A stretch of 24,000 nucleotides of DNA from Fusobacterium necrogenes. GTDB taxonomy: Bacteria > Fusobacteriota > Fusobacteriia > Fusobacteriales > Fusobacteriaceae. Location of the stretch: positions 1,416,854 to 1,440,853 of the forward strand of contig NZ_UGGU01000003.1 in the NCBI RefSeq assembly GCF_900450765.1, written 5' to 3'. Shown in pieces: positions 1-12,721 of this stretch (positions are counted from its first letter, which is position 1; each line of letters begins with the position of its first letter). The position numbers and the translations under genes are program-made. Under the pieces are notes generated by a model that ran no database searches, was not told where the DNA came from, and was given only the letters and a program-made list of their open reading frames with translations.

Positions 1-399
1 GGCGGAATAATGGAAAAATCTGGAATGTTAGGAAGAATAGCCCAAGAAATATTAAAATTTGCTAATACAACAGGTAAATTAATTTTAGCAACATTATTGA
101 CACCTATGTTTATCAATTCAGTAGCTGGAGATCAGTATCTTTCAATAGTTATTCCTGGAAGAATGTTTAAAGAAAGTTATGAGAAGAGAGGACTTGCTCC
201 TAAAAATCTTTCAAGAGCCTTAGAAGATTCAGGAACAATGACATCAGCCCTTATCCCTTGGAATACATGTGGAGCCTTTATGATGGGAGCTTTAGGAGTA
301 GGAGCTTGGGTATATGTTCCATATTGTTTATTCAATATAATTTCACCACTGATCTCTGCTTTTTATGGTTTTACAGGATTTACAATAGAAAAAAAATAA
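1..399 (+). CDS. nhaC: Na+/H+ antiporter, NhaC family, C-terminal fragment (5' end outside window)
   Basis: The frame is open from base 1 (GGI precedes the listed Met at 10). The hydrophobic TM-rich C-terminus carries the NhaC-type motif SALIPWNTCGAFMMGALGV. Stop codon at 397-399. Confidence 0.7.
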   Translation, partial: GGIMEKSGMLGRIAQEILKFANTTGKLILATLLTPMFINSVAGDQYLSIVIPGRMFKESYEKRGLAPKNLSRALEDSGTMTSALIPWNTCGAFMMGALGVGAWVYVPYCLFNIISPLISAFYGFTGFTIEKK

Positions 400-403
400 A
401 AAC

Positions 404-462
404 AAAGAAGAAAATTTTCCTCTTCATAGCTCCTTACTATTACGAGTAAAACTTTCTTCTTT
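404..462. terminator. Inverted repeat between convergent nhaC and manA, possible bidirectional terminator
   Basis: aaagaagaaaatttt (404-418) pairs with aaaactttcttcttt (448-462), 15 bp with 1 mismatch, flanked by T/A runs. The 29-nt loop is atypically large and the arms are very AT-rich. Confidence 0.3.
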
Positions 463-489
463 TCTTCAACTAATATGGTTTAAAATCTA

Positions 490-1458
490 CTATAAATAAG
501 ATTTCAAAACTTCGACTTTTCCTTTTAAAACTGTTTTTAATCCAGCTGGAATGAAATATGTATCTCCTTTTTTTATAGAGTAAGAATTACTATCACAAAT
601 AATCTCTCCCTCTCCGTCCAATATTGAAAGAATTTTAAAATTTTTATTTGTTTCATCTTCAAATTTTCCATCTATTAGATATTTATCTACATTAAAATAT
701 TGTCCTCTTACTAATTCCTCTTTTAGTGCACCTACTAATGAAATTTTTTGTCTATTTTCAGAAGTTGTAACTTGAATATCTCCTTCAAAATCTATTACAT
801 CTAAAGCTTTATCTATATGTAAATCTCTTAATTTCCCATCTACTAATCTATCAAAATCATAAATTCTATAAGTTGTATCTGAATTTTGTTGAACTTCACA
901 AATTAAAATAGAACCCTCTAAAGTTGCATGAACTACTCCAGGTAATAGATTTATAAAATCTCCTTTTTTTACTTTTATAGTATTAAATAAATCTGTAAAA
1001 TCTTTTTTTTCAACTTTTTCTTTAAAAATTTCTTTTGTTATTCCTTCTTTTATTCCTAAAATAAGTGTAGCATCTTCGCTAGCTTCCATTACATACCAAC
1101 ACTCACTTTTTCCAAATTCTCCCTCTACTCTAAGAGCATACTCATCACTCGGATGAACTTGAACTGATAATCTATCATTTATATCTAAATATTTTATAAG
1201 TAATGGAAACTCTCCTTTAAATCTTTCAACTATCTCTTCACCTAATATTTCTCCTTTATTTTGTTCTATAACTTCAATTAAACTTTTTCCTGTATATTCC
1301 CCATTTTCTATATATGATAACCCACCTTTATGAGAACTTACTTCCCAAGATTCTCCATATAACTCAGTATCTGGAAGCTCCATATTTAAGACCGTATTAA
1401 ATTTTCTTCCACCCCATACTTTTTTTACTAATGTTTTCTTAAATTTTAATGGATACAT
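490..1458 (-). CDS. manA: Mannose-6-phosphate isomerase, class I (Bacillus-type ManA)
   Basis: 322 aa. The N-terminus MYPLKFKKTLVKKVWGG and the metal-site region LSVQVHPSDEYA / VVHA are typical of type I PMI cupins. An SD (aaggaggg) sits 6 nt upstream of the ATG. Confidence 0.85.
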   Translation of the reverse strand: MYPLKFKKTLVKKVWGGRKFNTVLNMELPDTELYGESWEVSSHKGGLSYIENGEYTGKSLIEVIEQNKGEILGEEIVERFKGEFPLLIKYLDINDRLSVQVHPSDEYALRVEGEFGKSECWYVMEASEDATLILGIKEGITKEIFKEKVEKKDFTDLFNTIKVKKGDFINLLPGVVHATLEGSILICEVQQNSDTTYRIYDFDRLVDGKLRDLHIDKALDVIDFEGDIQVTTSENRQKISLVGALKEELVRGQYFNVDKYLIDGKFEDETNKNFKILSILDGEGEIICDSNSYSIKKGDTYFIPAGLKTVLKGKVEVLKSYL

Positions 1459-1542
1459 TTTTACCCTCCTTGATATTTCATTTTTACTAATATATTTTAC
1501 AATTTATTCTAATTTTTTACTAGCAAGTTTTTTATTTAAGCA

Positions 1543-1571
1543 TTACATTTTTCTATTTTCTATGTTAGAAT
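1543..1571 (+). promoter_or_regulatory. Putative sigma70-type promoter of galM
   Basis: -35 TTACAT (1543-1548), 17-nt spacer, extended -10 TGtTAGAAT (1563-1571), about 19 nt upstream of the galM ATG region. Confidence 0.35.
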
Positions 1572-1589
1572 ATTAACTGAGGTGAGATT

Positions 1590-2633
1590 ATGGAAATAAC
1601 TATTAAAAGCTGGGGAGTTAGCAAAAAAAATGAAAAAATTTTAATGTATACTCTTAAAAATAAATTTATGGAAATTGAGATTATAAATTATGGAGGAGTT
1701 CTTAGAAGAATATCTACTCCTAATAAGGAAGGAATTTTAGAAAATGTAGTACTAAACTTGCCTTCGATAAAAGATTATGAGGAAAGGTCGCCTTACTTTG
1801 GTTCACTTATTGGTAGAAACGCTGGAAGAATTAGTAATGGAACTTTTTCATTAAATGGAGAAACTTACACATTAGCTAAAAATAACGGAAATAATAATCT
1901 TCATGGTGGAATAGATAATTTTGGACATAAAGTATGGAATGTTGAGGAAATTAAAGGTGAAGATTTTATTGGTCTTAAACTTTCTTTAGAAAGTCCACAT
2001 ATGGAAGAAGGATTTCCTGGAAATGTCAAAGTTGAAGTTAAGTATATTTTAAAAGGAAATGAGTTATCTCTAGAATATTATGGAACTAGTGATAGACCAA
2101 CATATCTTAACTTAACTAACCACACATATTTTAATCTTAGTGGAGATTTCAAAAGAGATATTACTGATGAATATCTTCAACTAGATTGTGATGAATTTAT
2201 AGCAGTAGATGAGGCTACTCTCCCTGTTGAAATAAAATCTGTAACTAATACAGCTTTTGATTTTAGAAATTCAACTCTTTTAAAAGATTTTTTATACTCT
2301 GATGATGAGCAAATTAAAATTGTAAATCAAGGTCTTGACCATCCTTTTATCTTAAGACATAGCAGAGAAAATGTTATTTCTCTTGAAGATAAAATTTCTG
2401 GTAGAACTTTAGAAGTAGTTACAAATCAACCAGCTGTAGTCATTTATACAGGAAATTATTTACATGAAATTGGAAAATTAAATGAAGAAATAGAGTGTAA
2501 GAAACACATGGGAATCTGCTTTGAAACTCAAAACTATGCTGATGCTTTAAGATTTTTACCTGATAAAGCATTTATTACTACTCCTGATTCTCCTTACATT
2601 CAGAAAACAAAATTTATTTTTAATATAAAATAA
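1590..2633 (+). CDS. galM: Aldose 1-epimerase (galactose mutarotase)
   Basis: 347 aa with GalM motifs NNLHGG, GFPGN and NLTNHTYFNL. SD gaggtga lies upstream of the ATG. Confidence 0.85.
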   Translation: MEITIKSWGVSKKNEKILMYTLKNKFMEIEIINYGGVLRRISTPNKEGILENVVLNLPSIKDYEERSPYFGSLIGRNAGRISNGTFSLNGETYTLAKNNGNNNLHGGIDNFGHKVWNVEEIKGEDFIGLKLSLESPHMEEGFPGNVKVEVKYILKGNELSLEYYGTSDRPTYLNLTNHTYFNLSGDFKRDITDEYLQLDCDEFIAVDEATLPVEIKSVTNTAFDFRNSTLLKDFLYSDDEQIKIVNQGLDHPFILRHSRENVISLEDKISGRTLEVVTNQPAVVIYTGNYLHEIGKLNEEIECKKHMGICFETQNYADALRFLPDKAFITTPDSPYIQKTKFIFNIK

Positions 2634-2640
2634 AAATAAA

Positions 2641-2669
2641 TTGACAAAAATTACTTATATTCCTATAAT
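2641..2669 (+). promoter_or_regulatory. Consensus sigma70 promoter upstream of the LysO pair
   Basis: Perfect TTGACA (2641-2646), exactly 17-nt spacer, perfect TATAAT (2664-2669), 48 nt upstream of the ATG at 2717. Confidence 0.55.
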
Positions 2670-2701
2670 ATGGATTATTATATAAGTAGTTTTTTTATTT
2701 T
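2652..2701 (+). terminator. Putative intrinsic terminator of galM, interleaved with the downstream promoter
   Basis: tacttatat (2652-2660) pairs with atataagta (2680-2688) and is followed by gtttttttatttt. The stem is entirely AT and the -10 box lies in the loop. Confidence 0.35.
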
Positions 2702-2716
2702 ATTTGGGAGGATTTT

Positions 2717-2995
2717 ATGTCTGATATTCTTTTATATGTTTTCATCATTTTAGTTGGTTTTACTATCTCTAAAAAAAATTTAATTCCAGATTTAATCTTA
2801 AAAAAAATAGCACACTTTCAAAATATCTCACTATTTATTCTTTTAGGATTTATGGGTTATAAAATTGGAGCTGATAAAAAGCTGATACGTTCTCTTCCTA
2901 CTATTGGATTACAAGCTTTTAGTATTGCCGCTGTCTCTATTTTATTTAGTGTTGCTTTAACTTATCTATTCTATAAAAGAAGAGGTGGTAAATAA
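2717..2995 (+). CDS. LysO/DUF340 family membrane protein, small N-terminal-type subunit
   Basis: 92 aa with 3 predicted TM segments. Its stop overlaps the next start (TAATG at 2993-2997). Together with the next ORF it totals 292 aa, close to single-chain YbjE/LysO at about 299 aa. Confidence 0.6.
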   Translation: MSDILLYVFIILVGFTISKKNLIPDLILKKIAHFQNISLFILLGFMGYKIGADKKLIRSLPTIGLQAFSIAAVSILFSVALTYLFYKRRGGK

Positions 2996-3597
2996 TGTTA
3001 GGGATTACAATTTCTATTTTTATAGGAGTTTTGAGTGGTTTATTTCTCAAATCTACATTTTTGTTAACTACTATAGATGTCTTTATAAAATTAGGACTTT
3101 GTTTACTCTTATTTTTTGTCGGAATAGATATTGGTAACTATAAAAATTTAACTAAAAGTCTTAGAAAAATTAAAAAGAAAGTTATCTTTCTTCCTATTGT
3201 TACAATCTTTGGTTCTCTATTAGGTGGTCTTATAGCCTCTTCATTTTTGAGTCTCTCTTTTCCAGAAACAATAGCAATAAGTTCTGGTATGGGTTGGTAC
3301 TCTTTCTCAGCAATTGAACTTGCCAAAATAGATGCTAACCTTGGAGCTATCGCCTTTTTATCTAATGTTTTTAGAGAACTTTTAGCAATTTTATTCATAC
3401 CTATTATTGCTAAATACTTAGGTGGATATGAAGCTATAAGTTGTGCTGGTGCTCCTGCTATGGACTCATTACTTCCATTTATAAATAGAAACACACCAGC
3501 TAATATGGCTATTGTTTCTTTTTACTCTGGACTTATAATCACTCTTGTGATTCCTGTACTTCTACCTTTTTTAATCTCTATATTCAAACTTGCATAA
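2995..3597 (+). CDS. LysO/DUF340 family membrane protein (lysine-exporter-like), large subunit
   Basis: 200 aa polytopic membrane protein with DUF340-like features (SSGMGWYSFS, CAGAPAMDS). Translationally coupled to the preceding ORF. Confidence 0.6.
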   Translation: MLGITISIFIGVLSGLFLKSTFLLTTIDVFIKLGLCLLLFFVGIDIGNYKNLTKSLRKIKKKVIFLPIVTIFGSLLGGLIASSFLSLSFPETIAISSGMGWYSFSAIELAKIDANLGAIAFLSNVFRELLAILFIPIIAKYLGGYEAISCAGAPAMDSLLPFINRNTPANMAIVSFYSGLIITLVIPVLLPFLISIFKLA

Positions 3598-3601
3598 TTT
3601 A

Positions 3602-3640
3602 AAATGGGACTATTGCAATAAAACTTGCAATACCCCATTT
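3602..3640. terminator. Bidirectional intrinsic terminator between convergent lysO-like and acetyltransferase genes
   Basis: aaatgggactattgcaa / ttgcaataccccattt form 7 bp + bulge + 8 bp with a 6-nt loop. Followed by attttttaat on + and by tttt on -. Confidence 0.6.
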
Positions 3641-3645
3641 ATTTT

Positions 3646-4248
3646 TTAATCTATATCTATTTCTAAGTCCTTGTAGTAGTATTTTAAATCTCTTTCCCCT
3701 ATCTCTCTCAAAACCCTACATGGATTTCCTACTGCTACTACATTCTCTGGGATATCTTTCGTAACAACACTTCCAGCTCCAATAACACTATTCTTACCTA
3801 TTTTTACACCTGGTAATATTATTGAGCCTCCACCTATCCAAACATTATCTCCTATATATACTGGTACATTAAATTGAGCTTGTCTTTTACGAATGTCTGG
3901 TCTTACAGGATGAGTTCCTGTATCTATTATTACATTTGGACCTATTAATACATTATTTCCTATATAAATATCTGTATCATCTACTAAAGTTAAGTTAAAA
4001 TTTGCATAGACATCATTTCCTAAATGAGTATTTCTTCCCCAATTAGCATGAAGAGGAGGTTCTATATAACAATTATTTCCTACCTCTGCTAATAACTTTT
4101 TCATAAATTCCATTCTTTTTTCCATCTCACTAGGTCTAGTCATATTAAAATCATATAATAAATCCAAACATTCTAATTGCTCTTTCATTAATTTCTCATC
4201 ATTACTATAATATAACTTTCTATTTTTCATTCTCTCTCTTATATCCAT
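3646..4248 (-). CDS. Sugar O-acetyltransferase (maltose/galactoside acetyltransferase family, left-handed beta-helix)
   Basis: Hexapeptide-repeat body (NVLIGPNV, IGDNVWIGGGSIILPGVKIGKNSVIGAGSVV) and an Maa/LacA-type N-terminal helix (MKEQLECLDLLYDFN). The start is moved to the Met at 4248 (MDIRER...), because AGGAGG at 4255-4260 lies 6 nt upstream. The ORF-track start at 4266 has no SD. Confidence 0.8.
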   Translation of the reverse strand: MDIRERMKNRKLYYSNDEKLMKEQLECLDLLYDFNMTRPSEMEKRMEFMKKLLAEVGNNCYIEPPLHANWGRNTHLGNDVYANFNLTLVDDTDIYIGNNVLIGPNVIIDTGTHPVRPDIRKRQAQFNVPVYIGDNVWIGGGSIILPGVKIGKNSVIGAGSVVTKDIPENVVAVGNPCRVLREIGERDLKYYYKDLEIDID

Positions 4249-4270
4249 ATATTTCCTCCTAATCATAAAT

Positions 4271-4297
4271 AGAGGTTGGCTTTTGAAACCAACCTCT
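4271..4297 (-). terminator. Stem-loop between the permease and acetyltransferase genes (terminator/attenuator)
   Basis: agaggttgg (4271-4279) pairs with ccaacctct (4289-4297), a 9-bp GC-containing stem with a 9-nt loop. On the minus strand it is followed by ATTTATGATT. Confidence 0.45.
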
Positions 4298-4313
4298 TAG
4301 TCATTATAACATA

Positions 4314-5723
<1,410 letters not shown>

Positions 5724-6164
5724 TTATTTATTTAAGAAATAATTATCTTCAACAGTAACTCTGATAATTACTTTTTTAGCATTTCCAGAACATTTTACTG
5801 CCTCATTAATTTCAACAATAATCATTTCTCCTTGCTTCATATCTAATTTTTTACCATTTCCAGTAAAAAATTCTCTGTCTGTTTCATCAGAATATTTTTC
5901 TACTAACTCTAATTCTGATTTAGGAGCTATCTCTATCTCTTCTCCTCCTTCTAAATAGTAGAATATATCCATATATCTTCTATGACCACAAAATTTGTCT
6001 TCAGCTTTAGATTCAGTTATCATATACGCTAAAGAGTCTCCAATGCTGTAATATACATTTTCTTGAATATTTGGAATATTATTGATTGCTTCTGCACATC
6101 TTATCCATTTTTTTCCTGTTCTAAATATACTTTTAAATTCATCAAATGAGTTTAATTTTAACAT
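5724..6164 (-). CDS. ebgC: YhcH/YjgK/YiaL (DUF386) family protein, EbgC-like beta-galactosidase beta subunit
   Basis: 146 aa with the family motif HRRYMDIFYYLEGGEEIEI. It lies 18 nt downstream of the ebgA-like gene, with SD agggggа-type (aggggga) 6 nt upstream of the ATG. Confidence 0.75.
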   Translation of the reverse strand: MLKLNSFDEFKSIFRTGKKWIRCAEAINNIPNIQENVYYSIGDSLAYMITESKAEDKFCGHRRYMDIFYYLEGGEEIEIAPKSELELVEKYSDETDREFFTGNGKKLDMKQGEMIIVEINEAVKCSGNAKKVIIRVTVEDNYFLNK

Positions 6165-6182
6165 CGTTTATCCCCCTAACTA

Positions 6183-9266
<3,084 letters not shown>

Positions 9267-9287
9267 TTAAATATTTATCTTATTTTA

Positions 9288-9316
9288 AGTATATATGTTT
9301 TACTACAAAAAGTCAA
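9288..9316 (-). promoter_or_regulatory. Putative sigma70 promoter of the ebgA operon
   Basis: Minus-strand TTGACT (9311-9316), 17-nt spacer, TATACT (9288-9293), about 60 nt upstream of the ebgA ATG at 9224. Confidence 0.45.
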
Positions 9317-9320
9317 ATAA

Positions 9321-9342
9321 TTTTTACTAAATTTTTACTAAA
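9321..9342. repeat. Perfect tandem 11-bp direct repeat (TTTTTACTAAA x2) in the ebgR/ebgA divergent control region
   Basis: Copies at 9321-9331 and 9332-9342, immediately upstream of the ebgA -35 box. The 11-bp period equals one helical turn. Confidence 0.6.
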
Positions 9343-9372
9343 AATCATTTTGTTATATTTATCATATTTTTA

Positions 9373-9381
9373 TGTTATAAT
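9373..9381 (+). promoter_or_regulatory. Putative extended -10 promoter of ebgR
   Basis: TGtTATAAT at 9373-9381, 29 nt upstream of the ATG at 9410. The -35 is weak. Confidence 0.3.
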
Positions 9382-9409
9382 AATGTTATATTACACTTGG
9401 AGGATTATT

Positions 9410-10402
9410 ATGGCTACTTTAAAAGAAATTAGTGAAATTACTAAACTTTCACAATCTACTATATCACGTATATTAAATGATGATGTTTCTTTAAATGTCC
9501 AAGAAACTACTAAAAAAAGAGTTCTTGAAGTTGCACAACAACTTAATTATAATTTTTCAAAAAAAAATAATAAGAGTACTACTACTTCTACTGTTAAATT
9601 TGCTGTAGTTGCTTCATTCTCAGAAAGAGATGAAATTAATGACCCTTATTACCTTTCTATAAAGTATGGTATAAAAAATGAAGCTCAATTACAAAATATA
9701 AAGGTTTCCTTTTATTATGAAAATGATATTTCAACAGTTAAAAATGTTAGTGGAATTATTGCTATTGGCTCTCATAGCGACTGTATATTAAAAGAATTTG
9801 AAAAAATTACTCCTAATATTTTATTGTTAGATCAAAAAAAACAAAATACCAAATTTGATACCCTAAGCATTGACCTAGAAGAAATTACAAAATCTATTCT
9901 TGTATACTTTACTAAATGTGGATTTAAAAAAATTGGGTATATTGGAGCTAGAGATTTTTCTAATACAAAAGATGAGAGAGAAAAAGCATATATAAATTAC
10001 TGTATTTTAAACAAATTAGAATATCAAAAATACATTTATCTAGGTAATGAATTTTCAAGTAATTCTGGATATGAAACTATGACTAAAATTATTAAAGATA
10101 ACAATCTTCCTGAAGCTATATTTGTTGCAAATGACTCTTTAGCTATTGGTGTTCTAAAAGCTTGTCATGAAAACAATATTTTAGTTCCTAAACAACTTTC
10201 TATTTTTAGTATTAATGATATTCCAGCTGCTGAATTTGTTTATCCATCTCTCTCAACAGTTCATATAAATTCAGAATTTCTAGGTTCTTTTGGATTAAAA
10301 TTATTATTAGATAGATATAGTACATCACGTGAATTTCCAGTTTTTGTTACTATTCCTTCAACACTTATTCTTAGAGAGAGTTGTAAAAAAATAGAATTCT
10401 AA
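9410..10402 (+). CDS. ebgR: LacI/GalR-family transcriptional repressor, EbgR-like
   Basis: HTH N-terminus MATLKEISEITKLSQSTISRILNDD, plus EINDPYYL, FSSNSGYE, FVANDSLAIGVL and NDIPAAEF..PSLSTV blocks that parallel E. coli EbgR as I recall it. The start is moved to 9410, with GGAGG at 9399-9403. The ORF-track TTG start at 9350 adds a hydrophobic junk leader that overlaps the promoter. Confidence 0.85.
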   Translation: MATLKEISEITKLSQSTISRILNDDVSLNVQETTKKRVLEVAQQLNYNFSKKNNKSTTTSTVKFAVVASFSERDEINDPYYLSIKYGIKNEAQLQNIKVSFYYENDISTVKNVSGIIAIGSHSDCILKEFEKITPNILLLDQKKQNTKFDTLSIDLEEITKSILVYFTKCGFKKIGYIGARDFSNTKDEREKAYINYCILNKLEYQKYIYLGNEFSSNSGYETMTKIIKDNNLPEAIFVANDSLAIGVLKACHENNILVPKQLSIFSINDIPAAEFVYPSLSTVHINSEFLGSFGLKLLLDRYSTSREFPVFVTIPSTLILRESCKKIEF

Positions 10403-10417
10403 TCGTAGGGAATAAAG

Positions 10418-10446
10418 TTGACAATTTTACTAAGAAATGGTAAGAT
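10418..10446 (+). promoter_or_regulatory. Putative sigma70 promoter of the small ORF/DJ-1 pair
   Basis: TTGACA (10418-10423), 17-nt spacer, TAAGAT (10441-10446). SD gaggtga precedes the ATG at 10484. Confidence 0.45.
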
Positions 10447-10483
10447 ATTTATGTTAGAAATTTTAAATTTGAGGTGAATAAAT

Positions 10484-10744
10484 ATGTCAGTTTTTGAAAC
10501 TTGGGAAGAAAATTTATATGAATCTACATTCGATACAGTATATGACGCCCTTGTTGATGAGTATAAAAAAGGTCTTATTACTGTTGATGAATTGAAAGTA
10601 AATATTGAAGAACAACAGCAAGTTCTTTTAAATGCTTTTTTTGAAGGAGAAACTAAATCGGCTTATTGTAATGCTGTTGTAGATGCCCATCAATTTGTAC
10701 TTGCTATGATTAAACAAGGTAAACTAACTGTTGAAAACAACTAG
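10484..10744 (+). CDS. Hypothetical small acidic protein (86 aa), no family recognised
   Basis: Good SD and promoter. Predicted helical and rich in D/E. Its stop lies 9 nt before the DJ-1 start, with AGGAGG spanning the junction. Confidence 0.5.
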   Translation: MSVFETWEENLYESTFDTVYDALVDEYKKGLITVDELKVNIEEQQQVLLNAFFEGETKSAYCNAVVDAHQFVLAMIKQGKLTVENN

Positions 10745-10753
10745 GAGGTTATT

Positions 10754-11305
10754 ATGTCTAAAAAGGTTTATGTGCTTTTAGCAGAAGGTTTTGAATTAAT
10801 TGAAGCTATGACTCCTGTGGATGTTCTTAGAAGAGGTGGAGCTGAAGTTGTTACTGTTTCTATTACTGATAATAGAGAGGTTACTTCAGCACAAAAAGTA
10901 CCTGTTATTAGCGATACTACTCTTAAAGAAAAAGATATTACAGATGGAGATATGATTATTCTTCCTGGAGGATATCCTGGATATGTTAACCTTGGAGAAT
11001 CTCAAGAAGTTGGAAAAGTATTAAAATATTATGTTGAAAATAATAAATTTGTTGGAGCTATTTGTGGTGCTCCTACCGTTTTAGCTAAAAATAATGTTTT
11101 CTTAGGTAAGGAATTAACTTGTCACTCTTCTGTTGTAGAAGAAATGAAGGGATATAATTACAATGGAAGTAAAGCTTTTACCGATGGAAATCTTATTACT
11201 GGAATGGGAGCTGGACTAGCTTTAAATTTTGCTTTTGCACTGGCTGAAAAATTATTAGACAATGAAACTATCCTTAAAGTGAAAAAAGGAATGGAACTTA
11301 TTTAA
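10754..11305 (+). CDS. DJ-1/PfpI (ThiJ/YajL) family protein
   Basis: 183 aa. Nucleophile-elbow motif VGAICGAPTVL with a conserved Cys, and LPGG upstream, typical of the DJ-1/YajL class. Confidence 0.8.
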   Translation: MSKKVYVLLAEGFELIEAMTPVDVLRRGGAEVVTVSITDNREVTSAQKVPVISDTTLKEKDITDGDMIILPGGYPGYVNLGESQEVGKVLKYYVENNKFVGAICGAPTVLAKNNVFLGKELTCHSSVVEEMKGYNYNGSKAFTDGNLITGMGAGLALNFAFALAEKLLDNETILKVKKGMELI

Positions 11306-11309
11306 AATT

Positions 11310-11350
11310 AAAAGGAAGAGTTGAGCTTTTAGCTATTCTCTTCCTTTTTT
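11310..11350. terminator. Bidirectional intrinsic terminator (DJ-1 gene / cca)
   Basis: aaaaggaagag (11310-11320) pairs perfectly with ctcttcctttt (11338-11348), with an inner AGCT/AGCT helix. T-runs lie on both strands. The cca stop codon (11333-11335) is inside the hairpin. Confidence 0.65.
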
Positions 11351-12667
11351 ATACTCCAAAGCTAATTTTAATAATTGTTCTTGAGTATTGCATTCTGGAT
11401 ATTCTAGTACTTGATTTAATAAATATTTTAGTACTTCTCCGATATTTTTTCCTTGTTTAAAACCATTTTCTAATAACTCTTTTCCACTTATATTTAAATC
11501 TTTTATTGAAATAGGTAACTGCTTTTTTACAATATCTTGATAGATTTTTTCTAATCTCTCTATCTGTTCGAAGTTATAGGGAGGTCTATGAGTTTTTCTA
11601 TCCGCTTTTAATACCTGAAAATATCTTAACATATCCTCTTTTTCTAATCTATTCATCATCTTTTTTATAAATTTTTCTTCATTGTCTATCCCGTAAACTA
11701 GATGATATTGTATAATCCTATATACTTTCTCTATACTATTTTTATCATACCTTAATCTTTCCATTATCTCTTTAGCTATTTCAGCTGAAATTAATTCATG
11801 ATTATAAAAATGTCCTTTCCCATCTTCTCCTAATGAAAAACATTTAGGCTTTCCTATATCATGAAAAAAAATTGCTAGTCTTGTAATTAAGTCCATATCA
11901 GTTTCTTTTAAAGCTTGTAGAATATGCTCATCTACAGTATAGATATGATGAATGTTCCTCTGATTAAATCCTCTACAATCTTTCCATTCAGGAATAATTA
12001 TCTCCAATATTTTTTTATCAGATAATATTCTTAAAATATTGTAGGCATTTTTTCCAGTTATTATTTTATCAAATTCTTCTCTTATCCTTTCAACTGAAAG
12101 GTTTTGTAATAATTCTCTATACTTTGAAATTTCTTCAACATCTTCATCTAAATATTTTAAATCTTTAGTAGCTAAAAATCTAAAGTATCTCAATATTCTA
12201 AGTGGGTCTTCCTCTATTCTTTTTTTACATTCTCCTACAAATCTCAAAGTTTTATTCTCTATGTCTTTTTGTGAATCACTATCTCCATAATAAAATTTCT
12301 CTCCATCAAAAGCTATTGCATTGATAGTAAAATCACGTCTTTTTAAATCCTCATAAATATTTTCTGTAAACTCTATCTCCTGTTCCTTTCTATCTTTTGG
12401 AATCCCTTTATCCTGTCTCATCTTAGCTATCTCATAGTGTGCTCCATCAATTTTTATCTGAATAATCCCAAAATGTTTTCCTATCTCTTTAGGAGAATAT
12501 TCACTAAAAATATTTAATAACTTCTCATACTCTATATCTGTAACAAAATCACAATCCTTTGGTTCAAGACCTAAAAGAACATCTCTCACATATCCTCCAA
12601 CAATATATCCTTGTCCATTTTTTTGTAAGATATTTAAGATAAGCCTTATATTTTTATCTAAATACAT
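11333..12667 (-). CDS. cca: CCA-adding tRNA nucleotidyltransferase (class II, with HD domain)
   Basis: 444 aa with motifs GGYVRDVLLG, DFVT, RRDFTINAIA and EDPLRILRYFRF, plus HD-domain FFHDIGKP. SD aggaggt lies upstream of the ATG. Confidence 0.85.
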   Translation of the reverse strand: MYLDKNIRLILNILQKNGQGYIVGGYVRDVLLGLEPKDCDFVTDIEYEKLLNIFSEYSPKEIGKHFGIIQIKIDGAHYEIAKMRQDKGIPKDRKEQEIEFTENIYEDLKRRDFTINAIAFDGEKFYYGDSDSQKDIENKTLRFVGECKKRIEEDPLRILRYFRFLATKDLKYLDEDVEEISKYRELLQNLSVERIREEFDKIITGKNAYNILRILSDKKILEIIIPEWKDCRGFNQRNIHHIYTVDEHILQALKETDMDLITRLAIFFHDIGKPKCFSLGEDGKGHFYNHELISAEIAKEIMERLRYDKNSIEKVYRIIQYHLVYGIDNEEKFIKKMMNRLEKEDMLRYFQVLKADRKTHRPPYNFEQIERLEKIYQDIVKKQLPISIKDLNISGKELLENGFKQGKNIGEVLKYLLNQVLEYPECNTQEQLLKLALEYKKGRE

Positions 12668-12721
12668 TTTTACCTCCTATTTTTGATTTCAACTTAAGAA
12701 ATTTATTAGGAATATAAAAAT

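Noticed and set aside
258-449. 63-aa ORF overlapping the nhaC 3' end in another frame
   Set aside because: Low-complexity, Phe/Tyr/Ile-rich product typical of out-of-frame AT-rich sequence. It has no SD and is nested in a well-supported gene.
404-462. Possible dispersed repeat family: the purine-rich arms AAAGAAGAAAA(T)TTT here resemble those of the hairpin at 22991-23060
   Set aside because: The similarity is confined to low-complexity A/G and T/C runs, and the loops are unrelated. This is expected by chance among AT-rich terminators, and I cannot support a repeat family without genome-wide counts.
2634-2716. Lysine riboswitch upstream of the LysO-like exporter
   Set aside because: The whole spacer is 83 nt and is occupied by a promoter and a terminator hairpin. 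An L-box needs about 180 nt.
3138-3494. 118-aa antisense ORF inside the LysO-like gene
   Set aside because: It lies antisense to a confidently coding membrane-protein gene and has no SD or recognisable motifs.
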